From assembly GCA_964497195.1 (NCBI GenBank), contig CAZCDC010000002.1, forward strand, positions 2,969 to 66,968: a DNA stretch of 64,000 nucleotides, given 5' to 3'. Below the pieces are notes generated by a model. It did not search any database. It saw only the letters and a program-made list of their open reading frames with translations, and was not told the DNA's origin. The number at the start of each line of letters is the position of its first letter. The stretch's first letter is position 1. The position numbers and the translations under genes were made by a program. This document shows, piece by piece, positions 28,793-39,600 of the stretch. This DNA comes from an uncultured Rhodobacterales bacterium (GTDB lineage Bacteria; Pseudomonadota; Alphaproteobacteria; Rhodobacterales; Rhodobacteraceae).

Positions 28793-29191
28793 CTATCCCG
28801 TCGCTCCAACAAAACATAATAATACTCCCAGCCACCACAGCCCAACAGCCATCAAAAAGTTGGAGAAAAATCTGGTGGCTTTGCGGTTGGCATTCATCCA
28901 TGCAGAAACAACCAGCATCCCCGGCATGATTGCCAATATCCATAACAGAATCAGCCCGACGATTGGCCCAGAAAGTAACCAGCCGGAACCATAGATTAAG
29001 CCAATTGATATGCTGGTCACACTGGTAACAATACCCGTAGTGCGAAACGACCAATGGCTCTGGATTTCTACAATCCGCGCCACTGGGCGAGGCAATAATA
29101 CCGGCAGGGCAGACCCGCAAGATACACATTTTGTTGCCAATGGCGCCGCGAATGTGGCGCAGTATTCACATTTCTTTTGGCGTTTGCTCAC
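28793..29191 (-). CDS. hypothetical zinc-ribbon membrane protein (132 aa)
   Basis: N-terminal CxxC...CxxC (CEYCATFAAPLATKCVSCG) followed by about 3 TM segments. The GTG start overlaps the secF TGA as GTGA. I recognise no family. Confidence 0.45.
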   Translation of the reverse strand: MSKRQKKCEYCATFAAPLATKCVSCGSALPVLLPRPVARIVEIQSHWSFRTTGIVTSVTSISIGLIYGSGWLLSGPIVGLILLWILAIMPGMLVVSAWMNANRKATRFFSNFLMAVGLWWLGVLLCFVGATG

Positions 29192-30165
29192 GCGTCGATA
29201 TCAGCAAACTGCGTCCCGGCGGCGCTGTTGTCTTTGTCCCAGTCGCGTTTTACGCCAAGGCGTAGCAACACAGTCGAGGCGATAAATACCGATGAATATG
29301 TCCCGACCAAAACGCCCCAGATCATCGCAAAGGTAAACCCGCGGATCACCTCTCCGCCCAGCACATAAAGCGCGGTTAGCGCCAATAATGTGGTGATCGA
29401 TGTCATAACTGTACGTGCCAGAGTTTGGTTGATCGACATATTCAACACATCTTTGAGCGGCGTGGTTTTGAATTTTCGCAGATTTTCCCGCACCCGGTCA
29501 AACACCACCACCGTATCGTTGAGCGAATACCCCACAATCGTTAGGATAGCCGCAATAATCGACAAGTTGAAATCTATCTGGAACACCGCAAAAATCCCGA
29601 TGGTCAGGATAACGTCGTGGACTAGCGCGATAACTGCACCCAGCGAGAATTGCCACTCAAACCGCAGCCAGATGTAAAACAGCACCGCCGCCACAGCCAG
29701 AACAATGGCAATGATACCTGCTTGGATCAGCTCTCCGGAAACCACCGGCCCAACGCTTTCGGTTTGGGTGAAAATAATGCCGTCAATTGTGGCTGTCAGC
29801 GCGTCTTTGACCGCGACAATCAGGTCGTTTTGGATGGCGGGATCATCGCCTTGCAGCTCCATCCTGATCATCATCGAATTATGAGCGGTGCCGGTCAATT
29901 CTGCGCCACGATCAAATATTTCGGTGACAGAGAAATCGCCCAGCTCCAACCCTGACAGGATTTCGCGGTAGGTCGAAACGCTAACGACCTGATCGGTTTG
30001 GGTTCGGATCAATGAGCCGCCGCGAAAATCAATGCCAAAATTCAGCCCCATCATGATGGTCAGAACAATTGATGCAATTACCCCCAAAAGCGATAGGCCA
30101 AAGGTCAGTTTCGAGATGCCGAAGAAATTAATCTTGGTGTCGGATGGTACCATTTTTAAACGCAT
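29188..30165 (-). CDS. secF: protein translocase subunit SecF
   Basis: GLNFGIDFRGG...VGYSLNDTVVVFDRVRENL is typical SecF. It follows secD. Confidence 0.95.
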   Translation of the reverse strand: MRLKMVPSDTKINFFGISKLTFGLSLLGVIASIVLTIMMGLNFGIDFRGGSLIRTQTDQVVSVSTYREILSGLELGDFSVTEIFDRGAELTGTAHNSMMIRMELQGDDPAIQNDLIVAVKDALTATIDGIIFTQTESVGPVVSGELIQAGIIAIVLAVAAVLFYIWLRFEWQFSLGAVIALVHDVILTIGIFAVFQIDFNLSIIAAILTIVGYSLNDTVVVFDRVRENLRKFKTTPLKDVLNMSINQTLARTVMTSITTLLALTALYVLGGEVIRGFTFAMIWGVLVGTYSSVFIASTVLLRLGVKRDWDKDNSAAGTQFADIDA

Positions 30166-30175
30166 AATTTGGCCC

Positions 30176-31843
30176 TTATACTTCTATGGTTTTTGGATTG
30201 CGCATTTTCAGCCATGTGGCCAGCATAATGCGGGTGACCCAGATGGCCGTAAACACCGAGGTAATAATCCCGAGACCCAGCGTAACGGCAAAACCTTTTA
30301 CAGGGCCAGACCCCATAGAAAACAGGATCACAGCCGCAATCAATGTGGTGACATTAGCATCAATAATCGCGGAAAACGCTTTTTCATAGCCAAGTTCAAT
30401 GGCACGAGCTGGCCCTTTTGCTGTTTTCAGCTCCTCGCGGATTCGTTCAAAAATCAACACATTGGCGTCAACAGCCATACCCAATGTCAACACGATGCCG
30501 GCAATGCCGGGCAAGGTAAGAGTGGCCCCGATAAGACTAAGCAACGCAAAAAGCAGCATCACATTCAAGATCAAGGCCACATTGGCAAAAATGCCAAACA
30601 GCCCATAAGACAAAATCATAAACACCAGCACGCCAATGAATGCCACCATGGCAGCGATTTTGCCGGCCTGAATGCTATCAGCGCCCAGTTCTGGCCCTGT
30701 TGTGCGTTGTTCCAGCGTGATAATCTCTGCGGGCAAAGCACCTGCGCGTAGCAGGATCGACAGATTACTGCTTTCCTCAATGGTGAAATTCCCCGAGATA
30801 ATACCGGAGCCGCCAGCGATATGCGCTTGAATAACCGGCGCTGAAATCACCTCATCATCCAGTACAATCGCAAACGGATTGCCAATGTTTTGCGCGGTAT
30901 GCGCCCCGAAAAGACGCGCGCCTGTGGCATTAAAACGGAAATTAACCGCCGGTTGGCCATTTTGATCAAATGAGGGCTGCGCATCAACCAGATGTTCGCC
31001 ACCGACCACGGGCCTACGCTCCACCACATAATAACCGCCGCCGACCTCTATGTCTGGCACCAGAATATTACCGATACCCGGGTTGCCGTCAGGGTCACTG
31101 GACCGGGTTACAACGTGGTTAAATGTCAATTTGGCGGTCTTGCCGATTAATACCAGCAATTCCTCAGCTGAGCCGATGCCGGGCACCTGGATCAATATCC
31201 GGTCCGCGCCCTGGCGTTGAATAATCGGTTCTCGCGTACCGGATTCGTCTACCCGACGGCGGATAATTTCCAGCGATTGCAACATGGTGCGATCATCAGT
31301 GGCAGTTTTTTCAGCGTCAGACAGGGTGATGACCAACTCATCCCTCTCAAAATCCACCTCAAAATCGCGCGACCCAGCGCCCGTCAGGGAAATCACTGGC
31401 CGGGTCAGCGTATTCACAGCCTCAACAGCGACGGCCATGGCCTCCGCGTTGCCAATCCGCACCCGCAGCTCGTTGCCTTCTTCGGTTACATTGCGCACCG
31501 TGCCGACAGCATCGCGATTATCGCGCAAGATATCGCGCACTTCGGGCCACATTGCATCAAGCCGCTCACGGTAAACATCCGCAACTTCTACCCGCACCAA
31601 CAGCTGCACGCCGCCGCGCAGATCAAGGCCAAGATTAACAATGTCAGATGGCAAATATGACGGCCAAGCATCCCGCGCCGCAATCAATTCAGGTGTCTCG
31701 AGCGTGCCGGGTATGGCCAGTTCAGCGACAGCGTCATTGTGTTTTTCAACAGTGGCATAAAATGCATTTGGCATTGCCAAAAACATCCCAAAGGCACAAA
31801 GCCCCCAGATGACCAGTTTTTTCCACAAGGGGAAATGCAACAT
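30176..31843 (-). CDS. secD: protein translocase subunit SecD
   Basis: LGLDLRGGVQLL...GPELGADSI...TLPGIAGIVLTLGMAVDANVLIFERIREE is typical SecD. Confidence 0.95.
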   Translation of the reverse strand: MLHFPLWKKLVIWGLCAFGMFLAMPNAFYATVEKHNDAVAELAIPGTLETPELIAARDAWPSYLPSDIVNLGLDLRGGVQLLVRVEVADVYRERLDAMWPEVRDILRDNRDAVGTVRNVTEEGNELRVRIGNAEAMAVAVEAVNTLTRPVISLTGAGSRDFEVDFERDELVITLSDAEKTATDDRTMLQSLEIIRRRVDESGTREPIIQRQGADRILIQVPGIGSAEELLVLIGKTAKLTFNHVVTRSSDPDGNPGIGNILVPDIEVGGGYYVVERRPVVGGEHLVDAQPSFDQNGQPAVNFRFNATGARLFGAHTAQNIGNPFAIVLDDEVISAPVIQAHIAGGSGIISGNFTIEESSNLSILLRAGALPAEIITLEQRTTGPELGADSIQAGKIAAMVAFIGVLVFMILSYGLFGIFANVALILNVMLLFALLSLIGATLTLPGIAGIVLTLGMAVDANVLIFERIREELKTAKGPARAIELGYEKAFSAIIDANVTTLIAAVILFSMGSGPVKGFAVTLGLGIITSVFTAIWVTRIMLATWLKMRNPKTIEV

Positions 31844-31881
31844 GGGATATTTCCTTGAAAATACGCGGCAAGCGCGTGGAA

Positions 31882-32208
31882 TTATTCAGAAGGTTCGGTT
31901 TTGCTAACCACATTGGCCAAAGTATGCTTGATAACCCGCACCTTTACACCATCCGCAATTTCGACCTCGATCTCGTTGCTGTCTTCTTTGACCTTGATAA
32001 CTTTGCCCATAATGCCGCCTTGGGTGACAACCTGATCACCGCGCCGCACAGCAGCAACCATGGCTTTGTGTTCTTTCATCTTTTTCTGCTGTGGGCGGAT
32101 CATCAGAAAATACATGATCGCAAAGATCAAAACGATTGGCAAAATGCCGCCAATTCCGCCGCCAAAACCGCCGCCGGCTGCCTGTGCATATGCTGGTGAT
32201 GCAAACAT
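31882..32208 (-). CDS. yajC: preprotein translocase subunit YajC
   Basis: MFASPAYAQAAGG...ILPIVLIFAIMYFLMIRPQQKK...GDQVVTQGGIMGKV. The ATG at 32208 follows AGGGGA. The track start at 32229 is a GTG. Confidence 0.9.
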   Translation of the reverse strand: MFASPAYAQAAGGGFGGGIGGILPIVLIFAIMYFLMIRPQQKKMKEHKAMVAAVRRGDQVVTQGGIMGKVIKVKEDSNEIEVEIADGVKVRVIKHTLANVVSKTEPSE

Positions 32209-32304
32209 AAATAATTCCCCTGATGTCACGCGGGAATCCCCGCAATTGTTAACTTTGGCGGAAACTAATCATCAGTTAAGCGTTTAGCAAGGTATGGCGC
32301 GGCT

Positions 32305-32541
32305 TTATTCGGCATTCCGCAGCTTATTCAGGCGAATAAGTTTTAAAACGAGAATACCGGTAGGCGCCAGATGGAAAGCAACGTCACCAATATCGATCCA
32401 TTTGGTCAATTCGCCGGCCATTAGCATGTGGAATTTCTCAACCAAATGGGGGGGGCGAAATGGTGCAATACCAAGGAAAATGGCCATAACCACAAGGCTT
32501 TGAGTCGGAATTTTATCAAGGATACCAATCAGAAATTTCAT
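32305..32541 (-). CDS. hypothetical small membrane protein (~78 aa)
   Basis: ORF with two hydrophobic segments (LVVMAIFLGIAPF and VAFHLAPTGILVLKLI). I used the ATG at 32541. No strong RBS and no family recognised. Confidence 0.35.
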   Translation of the reverse strand: MKFLIGILDKIPTQSLVVMAIFLGIAPFRPPHLVEKFHMLMAGELTKWIDIGDVAFHLAPTGILVLKLIRLNKLRNAE

Positions 32542-32715
32542 TTTGTGCGCTTTCAATTACGGATTAAACCGCGTATTAACAGATCAACGGCCTCAACAAA
32601 CGGGGTGACATTGCCGCAGTCAGGGTAGACTTATCACCAATGATCCTGCCATGCACAACCCCAGCCTATGTCGTGTATTTTCTGCAAAAAACCGCTCTGA
32701 TGCGATAGTTTGGTT

Positions 32716-33729
32716 TTATATCTCCATCTCATCCACCAAAAATCGACCGGATTCTATGATGGTTTCTTTGGCAGAAATAAATTCCATACCCAATAAATCA
32801 CGGGCTTTGGCATTCGAGACCGAACTATTGCGCCCCAGATGCGGCACTATTTGCCCCAAGGATTTATCAAATTTCGCCAGAATCTTGATCAGAAAATTGG
32901 GTGCTTGGCGGGTTGGTACTTTATAGCTTGGAAAAGCTTGTTTTAGCACTGCGGAGACGTCGCGGAACCAATAAAACTCATTCGCCGCAATGATACGCTC
33001 CCCAATGCTGGCGTCATTTTCAAAGGCTTTGATATGCGCAAGTGCCACGTCTTTGACATGCACAATTGCAAGGCCGGAATTTGGCACCATCGGGTCTTTG
33101 CCGCGCAAAAACCGTTCAATTACCGACAATGAGGCACCAAAAACCTTATCAACCGGCGCGCCGAGCACCATGCTTGGATTTATGGTTGTCAGGTCCAGAC
33201 CCTCGGCCTCAGCGAAATCCCACGCCGCGCGTTCTGCCAAGGTTTTGGATTTGTTATATGCCGCTGTCAGAGGTGAATTGGCGTCTGACCAATCCTGCTC
33301 GTCCAGATGTTCTTGTCTGTCACGTTTATCTGTCCCCATGATTGCCGCCACGGATGATGTCAAAATAACCCGCTTAACGCCCGCAGCTTTTGCAGCTTTC
33401 AGCGCGCGCAAAGTACCCTCAACAGCAGGCTTGATAAGCTCGTTTTCATCTTTGGGTTCCTCAAGAACAAACGGGGATGCGGTGTGAAAAAGCCCGTCAA
33501 CACCCTGCAAGGCCTCTGCCCAACCCGCATCGCTGGTCAAATCAAGATGGGCGAATTCAAGCGCAGCGCCGGGATCGTTGCCAAGCTGTGCAGTCATTGC
33601 ATCACGTATTTCCGCTTCACGCGACGCAGACCGGACGGAGCCTCGAACAGCATAACCCGCTTGCAAAAGTTGCAACACAACATGTTTTGCAATGTATCCC
33701 GATGCGCCGGTTACCATGATTTTTTTCAT
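32716..33729 (-). CDS. NAD-dependent epimerase/dehydratase family SDR (dihydroflavonol/cinnamoyl-CoA-reductase-like)
   Basis: IMVTGASGYIAKHVV Rossmann motif and a YNKSK catalytic motif. The ATG at 33729 lies 6 nt after AGGAG. Confidence 0.85.
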   Translation of the reverse strand: MKKIMVTGASGYIAKHVVLQLLQAGYAVRGSVRSASREAEIRDAMTAQLGNDPGAALEFAHLDLTSDAGWAEALQGVDGLFHTASPFVLEEPKDENELIKPAVEGTLRALKAAKAAGVKRVILTSSVAAIMGTDKRDRQEHLDEQDWSDANSPLTAAYNKSKTLAERAAWDFAEAEGLDLTTINPSMVLGAPVDKVFGASLSVIERFLRGKDPMVPNSGLAIVHVKDVALAHIKAFENDASIGERIIAANEFYWFRDVSAVLKQAFPSYKVPTRQAPNFLIKILAKFDKSLGQIVPHLGRNSSVSNAKARDLLGMEFISAKETIIESGRFLVDEMEI

Positions 33730-33947
33730 TTCCATCTCCTTTGATTGACCCTGATGTAATTGTGTCAACGACTTGTTCAAGTCATTGACGTAATCCAATT
33801 GCATCCCGCCCAAGGGCGGAATATTACCATAACCAAGCAAGCTTGGCGATTGGTGCTAGTGGTTGATCTGGCGGCCCCCATTTCGGGGGCATTTCGCGAC
33901 GGGGGCTCAATGCCCCCCGAGCGGAAAGCTAACTGAGGATTTTGGGT

Positions 33948-34892
33948 ATGAAAATTTGTGTGGCAGGCGCGGCGGGTGCGTTTGGGATGAAACATCTGGA
34001 TGCACTCAGCCAAATTGACGGGGTTCAGGTGATTTCGGTTGTAGGCGCACCAACTGATAGTATTGAGAGCTTTGCAAAGGCTCGCAACATCCCCCATGCC
34101 ACTACCGATCTGGCAGAGGCATTGGCCCTTGACGATCTTGATGCCGTCATTCTGGCCACCCCGACGCCGGTTCATGCAGCACAAGCAATCCAGTGCCTAA
34201 AAGCCGGTAAACATGTTTTGGTTGAAATCCCGATGGCCGACAATCTGGCGGATAGCCAAGCCTTGGTTCAGGCCCAGCGCACCAGCGGGAAAATTGCCAT
34301 GGCGGGGCATGTTCGGCGTTTTAATCCATCACATCAATGGGTGCATAATCGGCTTCAATCCGGTGAATTGAAACTGCAACAACTTGATATTCAGACATAT
34401 TTCTTTCGTCGCACCAACACCAACGCGCTTGGCCAGCCCCGCAGCTGGACCGATCATTTACTATGGCATCATGCCTGTCACAGCGTAGATCTTTTTCAAT
34501 ATCAAACCGGCGAAATTCCAGACCAGGTTTTTGGCATGCAAGGCCCCAAACACCCGGAACTTGGTATCGCCATGGATATGAGCATTGGCCTGAAAGCCCC
34601 GTCAGGCGCGCTTTGCACGCTTTCGCTCTCGTTCAATAATGATGGCCCGTTGGGGACATATTTCCGGTATATCTGCGATAATGGCACTTATTTGGCCCGC
34701 TATGATGATCTGTTTGACGGCTACGAGAACCAGATTGATCTGTCGGATGTGGCGATTTCCTCCAACGGGATCGAATTGATTGACCGCGAATTTATTTCTG
34801 CTATTGCGGAGGGGCGCGAACCAAATGCCAGCGTGGCGCAATGCCTGCCGGCCATGGAAACCCTGCATAAAATTGAACAGTGCTTTGAGTAA
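33948..34892 (+). CDS. Gfo/Idh/MocA-family oxidoreductase
   Basis: N-terminal Rossmann MKICVAGAAGAFGMKHLDAL...VILATPTPVHAAQAIQCLKAGKHVLVEIP. The ATG at 33948 lies 8 nt after GAGGA. Confidence 0.85.
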   Translation: MKICVAGAAGAFGMKHLDALSQIDGVQVISVVGAPTDSIESFAKARNIPHATTDLAEALALDDLDAVILATPTPVHAAQAIQCLKAGKHVLVEIPMADNLADSQALVQAQRTSGKIAMAGHVRRFNPSHQWVHNRLQSGELKLQQLDIQTYFFRRTNTNALGQPRSWTDHLLWHHACHSVDLFQYQTGEIPDQVFGMQGPKHPELGIAMDMSIGLKAPSGALCTLSLSFNNDGPLGTYFRYICDNGTYLARYDDLFDGYENQIDLSDVAISSNGIELIDREFISAIAEGREPNASVAQCLPAMETLHKIEQCFE

Positions 34893-34898
34893 TAGAAC

Positions 34899-35930
34899 AT
34901 GACAAAAACCATCCTCACCACCGGCGGCGCGGGCTATATTGGCTCTCATATTTGTTATGAGCTGCTGACATCCGGTTATCAGGTTGTGATATTTGATAAT
35001 TTCTCAAATTCATCACCGGAATCCATCCGCCGTGTTTCGCGTCTGACCAATGGCGCGCCAATTTTAATCGAGGGCGATGTGCGTGACGCCAGCGCGCTAG
35101 ACCAGCTATTTGAAGCCCACAAAATTGATGCGGTAATTCATATGGCAGGGGCCAAGGCTGTGGGGGAATCTGTCTCCAATCCGCAGAAATACTATGATAT
35201 CAATGTTTCGGGCAGCGTAAATCTGTTTGGCGCGATGCAGCGGCACGGGGTTTTGAATGCGGTATTTTCATCCTCCGCCACGGTTTACGGCATTCCAAAA
35301 ACCTTACCGATGCGAGAAACCGCCCCCACCTCGCCGCTTAGCCCCTATGGCCACACAAAACTGATGGCAGAGCAGATTTTGACCGATATGACCGCCATAA
35401 ATCCGGGCTGGCGCGCGTTATTGTTGCGATATTTCAATCCTGTTGGGGCGCATCATTCTGGTGAAATAGGCGAAGACCCTAACGGTATTCCTGACAATCT
35501 TTTCCCATATATTGCACAGGTTGCCACGGAAAAACGTGACAAACTGATGGTGTTTGGCAATGATTATGACACACCGGATGGCACCTGTATTCGCGATTAT
35601 ATCCATGTGGTTGATCTGGCGCGTGGCCATGTCAAAGCTGTGGATTATTTGCTGTCGGATCGCGCCAAAGACAATGCCGCCGAGACGATTAATCTTGGTA
35701 CCGATCAAGGTTCCAGCGTGCTGGAGGTTGTCGCTGCATGGGCCGCTGCCTGCGGGTTTGATATTCCTTACGAAATCACCAAACGCCGTGCTGGCGATGC
35801 GCCGATTTATTACGCGGATAGCAGCCGCGCCAAGGCCGTGCTGGGCTGGCAGGCGGAATATGATCTGGCGAAAATGTGTATTGACCATTGGCATTGGCAA
35901 AGCAAAAATCCACAAGGTTACGGTGGTTGA
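34899..35930 (+). CDS. galE: UDP-glucose 4-epimerase
   Basis: ILTTGGAGYIGSH, SSSATVYG, SPYGHTKLM (YxxxK) and FGNDYDTPDGTCIRDYIHVVDLA. Confidence 0.94.
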   Translation: MTKTILTTGGAGYIGSHICYELLTSGYQVVIFDNFSNSSPESIRRVSRLTNGAPILIEGDVRDASALDQLFEAHKIDAVIHMAGAKAVGESVSNPQKYYDINVSGSVNLFGAMQRHGVLNAVFSSSATVYGIPKTLPMRETAPTSPLSPYGHTKLMAEQILTDMTAINPGWRALLLRYFNPVGAHHSGEIGEDPNGIPDNLFPYIAQVATEKRDKLMVFGNDYDTPDGTCIRDYIHVVDLARGHVKAVDYLLSDRAKDNAAETINLGTDQGSSVLEVVAAWAAACGFDIPYEITKRRAGDAPIYYADSSRAKAVLGWQAEYDLAKMCIDHWHWQSKNPQGYGG

Positions 35931-35987
35931 GCTCTTGCAATTGCTATACAAGGCCCCAAGTTTAAGCCAACAAAAGGAAATAAAAAC

Positions 35988-36482
35988 ATGGTTATAGCTC
36001 AAATTGTAATAATTGTTGGTCTCTATTCTTATATTTTGTTTTATATGCCGCAATTTCGCCTTGCGGGCGGGATTATTGCCGCTGCTTTACTGGGTGGGCT
36101 GGCCTATTATCTATTGTCCAGCAACCCCGTCCAACAGGCAGAATTGCGCCGGATAGATGTGGTCGATGTAACCCTGTCAGAGCTAGAGTTTGATCTTGGC
36201 ATTCGGACCAGTACGCTAAAGGGGCGGGTTGTGAACGGGTCTGAAAATTTTGACCTAACGGGGGTTTTGGTCGATGTTATCCTGTATGATTGCCCCGATG
36301 AAACCAGTGATCTGGCGGATTGTTATATTATTGGCCAAGATGGTGGCGAAGCGCGGGTTACGGTACCTCCCGGACAATTACGCGACTTTACCGCCAATTT
36401 ATTGTTTATCGGACTTCCGGAACTCACCGGCACATTTCGCTGGGCCCACACCGTAACTGCCCTGCGCGCGCTAGAAAGATAA
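35988..36482 (+). CDS. hypothetical membrane-anchored protein (164 aa)
   Basis: Two N-terminal TM segments followed by a ~110-aa soluble domain. No family recognised. It lies directly upstream of the alpha-2-macroglobulin gene. Confidence 0.5.
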   Translation: MVIAQIVIIVGLYSYILFYMPQFRLAGGIIAAALLGGLAYYLLSSNPVQQAELRRIDVVDVTLSELEFDLGIRTSTLKGRVVNGSENFDLTGVLVDVILYDCPDETSDLADCYIIGQDGGEARVTVPPGQLRDFTANLLFIGLPELTGTFRWAHTVTALRALER

Positions 36483-36606
36483 TTCGGCGAAATCTCGCCA
36501 AAAACTAACAAAATATCAGTGATTTTAGCAGTATACCATTTCAGCGGCGACTCCGCTTGTTTGGTTTGCTATGATATAGTCATATTTATAGTTTTAGGAT
36601 TTAATT

Positions 36607-39600
36607 ATGTTTTTTAAAGCGCTCCGCCCTGTTTTTACTGGGGTTTTATTGGCGATTTCTGCCAATTCCCTTGCGGCCCAAGAATCACCCATCCCCGAGC
36701 GGCGTAGCATTGCTTTCCAAAACACGGACTTTTTTGGCGGCGATATTCGCACACTGCTTGATACCACTATCCAAATTTGCGAAGCAGCTTGTCTGGCAGA
36801 TCAAAGCTGCACGGCGCTGACATTCAACCAAGAAAAAAGCGCGTGCTTTTTGAAAACCGGCGTGACGGAGCGCACCCCCTTTATTGGCGCCCTGTCGCTC
36901 GAAATTGTCGATACACCGGAATATTTGTTAGCCATCGGGCAAGAACGCGTGGCAATGCTGGATTTTCTGCCAGCGCATTATATCACGAATGCCACATCAC
37001 GCGCGCGCAGAATTAGCCTCGATTACCCAACAAATGGCGCGGAATCACACGCCCTAAATGATGCGGCTGGGGCTGCATTTAATGCAGGTGAATTTTTTCG
37101 TGCGCTTTACATTTACGCACAAATCCTCAGCTATGATGACAGCGCTGAGGCATGGCTGGATCTTTCGCGGGTTGCGCGGCGTATTGCCAATTCATCGCGC
37201 AATGTTCGCAATATCGCTACCGATGCCGCCGTAAACGCATTTTTGCGCGCTGAGGGTCCGGTAATGCAGGCCGAAATTCTGGTTGATCTGGCGGATATTC
37301 TGGAAAATAACCAGCTTGGTCGTCAGGCAATTCCAGCGCTTCGCCTTGCGCTTTCGCTGACCAACACACGTAATATCAAGGAACAGCTTGACCGTGCGAT
37401 CGGCCTATTTGGCTTTCGGATATCTGACCATCAGGTTGATAATAACGCTGTGCGCCCTCGGATTTGCATAAATTTCAACGAGGATTTGATTGAGGTCGGG
37501 GTTGATTACAGCAGCTTTATCCAAACCGGACGCGGTGATCTGCCGGTAAATGTTGAGGGAGAGCAGCTGTGTATTGACGGTGTGCAGCACGGCGAACGCT
37601 ATAATCTAACCCTGCGCAAAGGCCTGCCCGCCGCCAGCGGAGAAACCCTGCACAGATCGGTTGAGCTGTCGGTCTATGTACGGGATCGCGACCCGAGCGT
37701 GCGGTTTTTGGGCCGTGCTTTTGTGCTGCCAAGCGGCGATAATGCCAGCATTCCTGTGGTTTCGGTTAATACCGATGTGGTGGAATTGCGGATAAGCCGT
37801 GTGGGTGAACGCAATCTTTTACCAGTGTTGCGTGATGGCTATGTCGGCGGCACAATCAATGAATATACCCAAGACCGGATCGACAATTCGCTGGGCGAAG
37901 AAATCTGGGCAGGCATTGGCGAGGTTGGTCAGCAACTGAATGCGGATATCACCACAGCCCTGCCCCTAAGCCCCGCGATCAGCAGTTTTGAGCCGGGCAT
38001 TTATGTGATGACCGCGCGGGTTCCTGACCAAGACGAAGAATGGGACGACGCCGCAACCCAGTGGTTTATCGTTACCGATTTGGGCATCGAAACCTTGCTG
38101 GGCGCTGATGGCTTGCATGTTTTTGTGCGGGGGCTGTCGGACGCGGAACCGGTAATTGGTGCTACTGCGCGATTGCTTGCCGTTAATAATACAATACTGG
38201 CAGAAATTCCAACCGATGCACAAGGGTACGCACATTTCACTGATGGCTATACGCGCGGCACTGGCGGCAATTCGCCCGCTATGGTGCAGGTTGAAACCTC
38301 TGCGGGTGATTTTGCATTTATCAACCTTGAAGAAGCCGCGTTTGACCTGTCAGACCGTGGCGTACAGGGCCGCAGCGCCCCGTTGCCGATTGATGTTTTT
38401 ATGGTGACGGAACGCGGCGCGTATCGCCCGGGCGAAACCGTTCATACAACCATTCTGGCGCGTGACACCCAAACCATCGCGCTTGGCGGTTTGCCCTTGA
38501 CGGTCATTGTAACGCGCCCCGACGGTGTGGAACATATGCGCGAAGTTGTTGCTGATATCGGCGCAGGCGGGCGGGCATTTCATTTAAAACTGCCCAATGG
38601 CGCAATGCGCGGCAGCTGGAATATGCGGGTGTATACGGATGTGGATGATAGATCGCTAAAATCTCTGCGTTTCTTGGTGGAAGATTTCATCCCTGAGCGT
38701 ATTGATTTCACCATCTCGGCTGAAGATCGCAGCTTTGCGCTGGATGAAACCCTTTTGCTGTCAATCGAGGCTGATTATTTATACGGCGCGCCCGCTGCTG
38801 ATTTGGCGATTGAGGGCGAGGTGGTCGTCAGGCGCACCTTTGGTGGTTTTTCAGATTACCCCGGCTATCATTTTGGCCTGCGCGATGAACCCTTTATTCA
38901 GGGGTATCGCGGTATTTCATCTGACAGCTTGACGGATGCCAACGGCTTGTTGGCGCTGAGCATCGATTTGCCGGAAATGGAGCCAACCACACAGCCCCTG
39001 CAAATGACCGCAACCCTGCGCATGGCTGATGGTTCTGGCCGCCCGGTTGAACGCTCTATCACCCGGGCCATTCTGCCGGATGGGCCGCGCATTGGCATAG
39101 ATCCGGTGTTTGACGGCGGGGTGGAGGAAGCCAGCACAGCCGTGTTTAACATCATCGCCATTGACCAAAACCTGATGCGCATTGCTATGAATGAGGTCAC
39201 ATGGACCCTGTCGCGGATTGAACGTAGTTATCAGTGGTATCGCTATGACGGCTATTGGAATTGGGAGCCTATTTCGCGCCGCGAACGGGTGGCTGACGGG
39301 GTTATTTCAATTTCGGCTGACGGCAGCGTGCAAATCGAAGCCCCCGTAAAATGGGGCCGTTATGAGCTGAAACTCAGCAGTAATGGCGCAGTATATACCG
39401 CCAGTTCATTTGCCTTTAGCGCAGGCTGGTGGGCCGCAGATGCGGGCAGCGATACACCGGATATTCTGGATATCGGCTTGGACAAAGCCAGCTATCTGGT
39501 TGGTGAAACTGCACAATTGCGCCTAACGCCGCGCTATGCGGGCAAGGCGCTTATTCGGGTGGTTTCGGATCATCTGATCTTTATGCAGGCGATTGATGTG

